DNA from: Chitinophagaceae bacterium
GTDB taxonomy: Bacteria > Bacteroidota > Bacteroidia > Chitinophagales > Chitinophagaceae
Direction of reading: 5' to 3'
Length of the DNA stretch: 46,105 nt
NCBI GenBank assembly: GCA_025359725.1
Contig: JANYEX010000075.1
Location: 1-46,105, forward strand
Part shown: positions 43,565 through 46,105 of the stretch, in pieces
Layout: each line of letters starts with the position of its first letter
Numbering within the stretch: the stretch's first letter is position 1
Position numbers and translations under genes: made by a program
The notes under the pieces: generated by a model
The model's database searches: none
Seen by the model: the letters and a program-made list of their open reading frames with translations, nothing else
What the model was told of the DNA's origin: nothing

Positions 43565-45892
43565 TTACTCCACAATCCGCAGCTTGGCATAGTTAAGCAT
43601 TATCTTCTTCTCCCCATTTTGTTTGAAATCAATATTTGCAATTGGATTATGCCCAGAGCCTTCCACTTTAAGCACTATCCCAAAGCCAAACTTCTGATGC
43701 TCTACTTGCTGCCCTGCCTGCAAATTGCTAGTATCGCTTGCCACAAAGTTTTCGCTTGGTGTATGCTCTTTTACTTTTGGTGCAACTGGCTGGGCAGGCA
43801 TGTAAGAAGGTTTAGGCTTAGGTCCGCCTGGATTGCCATTGCCCGCATTGGGCATTCCCATCCCCTTGTGCATCCGCTCAAAAGGAATCCCAGTGCTAGT
43901 ATTTCCTTGGTTTCTCATGCCTCCACCAGAATTTGTTCTATCCAAAAATTGTTCAGGCATCTCATCCAAAAAGCGGCTAGGATCATTTTGCACCAACTGC
44001 CCAAAACGGTAACGTGAGTTGGAATAGGTAAGCCACAACTTATCCTTAGCCCTCGTAACCGCCACATAAAACAAACGTCTCTCCTCTTCTAGCTCTTCCC
44101 TAGTGTTTACTGCCATTGCATTGGGGAAAAGGTTTTCTTCTATCCCGCCTACAAACACACACCCGAACTCTAAGCCTTTTGCTGCGTGGATGGTCATGAG
44201 TTTTACCACATCACCATTTTCCTTATTGTCGTCGGCATCGGTAAATAAAGTAACCTGCTGCAAGAATGCACCAAGAGTTTTGGCAACCACTTCCCCATCT
44301 TCATTGTCAGGAGTTTCAGTCCAGTTTTTTATTGAGTTGAGTAATTCCTGCACATTTTCGTAACGGGCAAGTCCCTCGGTTGTCTTATCAGCGAATAATT
44401 CTTTTACCAAGTTGGTATGCTTGCCTACCTGCACTGCCACATCATAAGCATTCTTATCATTCAGCAAGGTTTGGAAATAACGAATCATCGTTATAAAGTT
44501 TTGCAAGGCTTCCAAAGTGACGCCCTTAAAACCAAACTCACCTGCACGTTGAACCGCCTCGTACATACTTATGTTCTGTTCATTGGCAACGATTACCAGC
44601 TTCTCGATGCTTGTTTTTCCAATGCCTCGAACCGGGTAATTGATAATGCGTTTTAATGCTTCCTCGTCTTTCTGGTTTACAATAACCCGCAGATAAGCAA
44701 GTATATCTTTTATTTCCTTCCTTTGATAGAAACTTACGCCCCCATAAATGCGGTAGGTAATACCCATCCGTCTAAGGCTTTCTTTATAAGCACGGCTTTG
44801 AGCGTTGGTACGGTAGAGAATGGCAAAATCCCTGTTCATATAATGATTGCGCAGTTTCTGTTCCTGAATAGTATCAGAAACAAACTTTCCTTCATCATTA
44901 TCCGTCATGGTACGAACCACCTTAATCTTCTCTCCTACCTTATTATCCGTCCACAGTTGCTTAGGTATCTGCCCTCTGTTATTACCAATTATCTCGTTGG
45001 CAACTTTTAGGATGCTCTGTGTACTGCGATAGTTTTGCTCCAGTTTTACCACTTTTACATCGTCATAGTCCTTTTGAAACTGTAAAATGTTTTCAATCGT
45101 TGCTCCTCTAAAGCTGTAGATACTCTGTGCATCGTCGCCCACCACACACACATTCTCGTTCATAGCAGCCAAGAGCTTTGTAATCTGATACTGTACGGCA
45201 TTGGTATCCTGATACTCATCAATCATTATGTACTTAAACTTACGCTGATACTTGCTTAAAACATCAGGCTGGGTATTCAGCATTTCGTACATTTTCAATA
45301 GCAAATCATCAAAGTCCATTGCGCCATTCTTAAAACAACGGGCAGTATAGGCCAGATAAATTTGCCCAATGGCAGGACGGTTTGCCCTAATATCTTCCTG
45401 TTGAATATAAGAATCGAGCATGTATTCTCTAGGCCCGATAAGTGTATTCTTTGCAGAGGAGATCCTGTTGCCTACAATGTTGGGTTTATAATGTTTATCG
45501 TCTAGGTTAAGTTCGTTAATAACGGTTTTAATTACGCTGCGGCTATCATCGGTATCATAAATAGTAAAATTGTTTGGGTAGCCAATTCTGTTTGCCTCGC
45601 CACGCAATATCCTTGCGAATACACTGTGGAAAGTACCGATATAAAGATTTCTTGCTTCGTGGTTATTCAGAATTTTCTCAATTCTTTCCTTCATTTCGGC
45701 GGCAGCCTTATTGGTAAAAGTGAGGGCAAGTATGTTGAAGGCATCTACTCCCTGTGCCATCAAATGTGCTATCCTAGTAGTTAATACCTTGGTTTTGCCG
45801 CTACCAGCTCCCGCTACAATCATCAATGGACCATTAATATGGGTAACTGCCTCACGCTGTGGCTCGTTCAATCCTAATAAATAATCCTGCAT
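43565..45892 (-). CDS. pcrA: UvrD/PcrA superfamily 1 DNA helicase
   Basis: AGAGSGKT, TFTNKAA, IDEYQDTN, VGDDAQSIYSFRGA, LEQNYRS, MTIHAAKGLEF, EERRLFYVAVTRA; C-terminal Tudor-like HQKFGFG. Confidence 0.95.
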   Translation of the reverse strand: MQDYLLGLNEPQREAVTHINGPLMIVAGAGSGKTKVLTTRIAHLMAQGVDAFNILALTFTNKAAAEMKERIEKILNNHEARNLYIGTFHSVFARILRGEANRIGYPNNFTIYDTDDSRSVIKTVINELNLDDKHYKPNIVGNRISSAKNTLIGPREYMLDSYIQQEDIRANRPAIGQIYLAYTARCFKNGAMDFDDLLLKMYEMLNTQPDVLSKYQRKFKYIMIDEYQDTNAVQYQITKLLAAMNENVCVVGDDAQSIYSFRGATIENILQFQKDYDDVKVVKLEQNYRSTQSILKVANEIIGNNRGQIPKQLWTDNKVGEKIKVVRTMTDNDEGKFVSDTIQEQKLRNHYMNRDFAILYRTNAQSRAYKESLRRMGITYRIYGGVSFYQRKEIKDILAYLRVIVNQKDEEALKRIINYPVRGIGKTSIEKLVIVANEQNISMYEAVQRAGEFGFKGVTLEALQNFITMIRYFQTLLNDKNAYDVAVQVGKHTNLVKELFADKTTEGLARYENVQELLNSIKNWTETPDNEDGEVVAKTLGAFLQQVTLFTDADDNKENGDVVKLMTIHAAKGLEFGCVFVGGIEENLFPNAMAVNTREELEEERRLFYVAVTRAKDKLWLTYSNSRYRFGQLVQNDPSRFLDEMPEQFLDRTNSGGGMRNQGNTSTGIPFERMHKGMGMPNAGNGNPGGPKPKPSYMPAQPVAPKVKEHTPSENFVASDTSNLQAGQQVEHQKFGFGIVLKVEGSGHNPIANIDFKQNGEKKIMLNYAKLRIVE

Positions 45893-45945
45893 GTGGCGAA
45901 GATACGGTAGGTAGATGATGTTAAAGTTGGCGAGTTTGCAGGGGT

Positions 45946-46105
45946 CAGGGTAAACGCATTAAAATTCCTGTAGACACGCTAAATCCTTAAAAAAATCGTT
46001 TTGTATAAAACGACAATGAAGACATCTCTTTTTGAACATTTTTCTTCGATAGAAGATCCAAGGATTGAGCGACAAAAGTTGCATTCTTTATCCTGCATCC
46101 TATTT
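45946..46105 (+). mobile_element. Left end of an ISAs1-family insertion sequence (truncated by the window)
   Basis: Starts CAGGGTAAACGCAT, typical of ISAs1/H-repeat ends, followed 70 bp later by a transposase start. Confidence 0.8.
46016..46105 (+). CDS. ISAs1-family transposase, N-terminal 30 codons
   Basis: MKTSLFEHFSSIEDPRIERQKLHSLSCILF matches the HF..I.DPR.....H.L..IL pattern of the DDE_Tnp_1-associated domain. Confidence 0.85.
   Translation, partial: MKTSLFEHFSSIEDPRIERQKLHSLSCILF

Noticed and set aside
851-45010. Numerous 60-150 aa ORFs antisense to or nested in the long genes
   Set aside because: Shadow frames of well-supported CDSs with no independent motifs.
1-46105. tRNA/rRNA genes, prophage or defence genes
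   Set aside because: None recognised by eye; tRNAscan, Infernal and DefenseFinder runs would be needed to exclude them formally.

Overview
AT-rich chromosomal window with Bacteroidota-type signals (TAnnTTTG -7 promoter boxes, no Shine-Dalgarno motifs); gene content suggests Chitinophagaceae or relatives (inference). Both ends lie in insertion sequences: a degraded IS5-family (IS903-group) transposase on the left and the start of an ISAs1-family element on the right. Between them are an AraC-regulated sugar-acid catabolic operon (UxaA/SDR/FAH), a FAD/Fe-S oxidoreductase, a TonB-dependent receptor, an APC permease, manC, kdsD, a UbiA prenyltransferase-type III PKS-methyltransferase-flavoprotein cluster, a polysaccharide polymerase/glycosyltransferase operon led by an unannotated 50-aa ORF, and sodA, rsmE, galE, LMW-PTP and hisS. 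Further right are a GH19 chitinase-GH73-like-SGNH-MBOAT cassette, a GH3, trmD, a frameshifted TonB-C gene, hslR, an IPExxxVDY-type protein and a PcrA/UvrD helicase. The most unusual signal is non-coding. Six intergenic arrays of unrelated sequence share dyads spaced exactly 21 bp apart (periods 21/42/84/210 bp; two have terminal inverted repeats). There are also many 7-bp tandem repeats, some forming hairpins, overlapping stop codons or lying inside hisS, and a third family of long inverted repeats. All calls come from motif recognition by eye; no database search was run.
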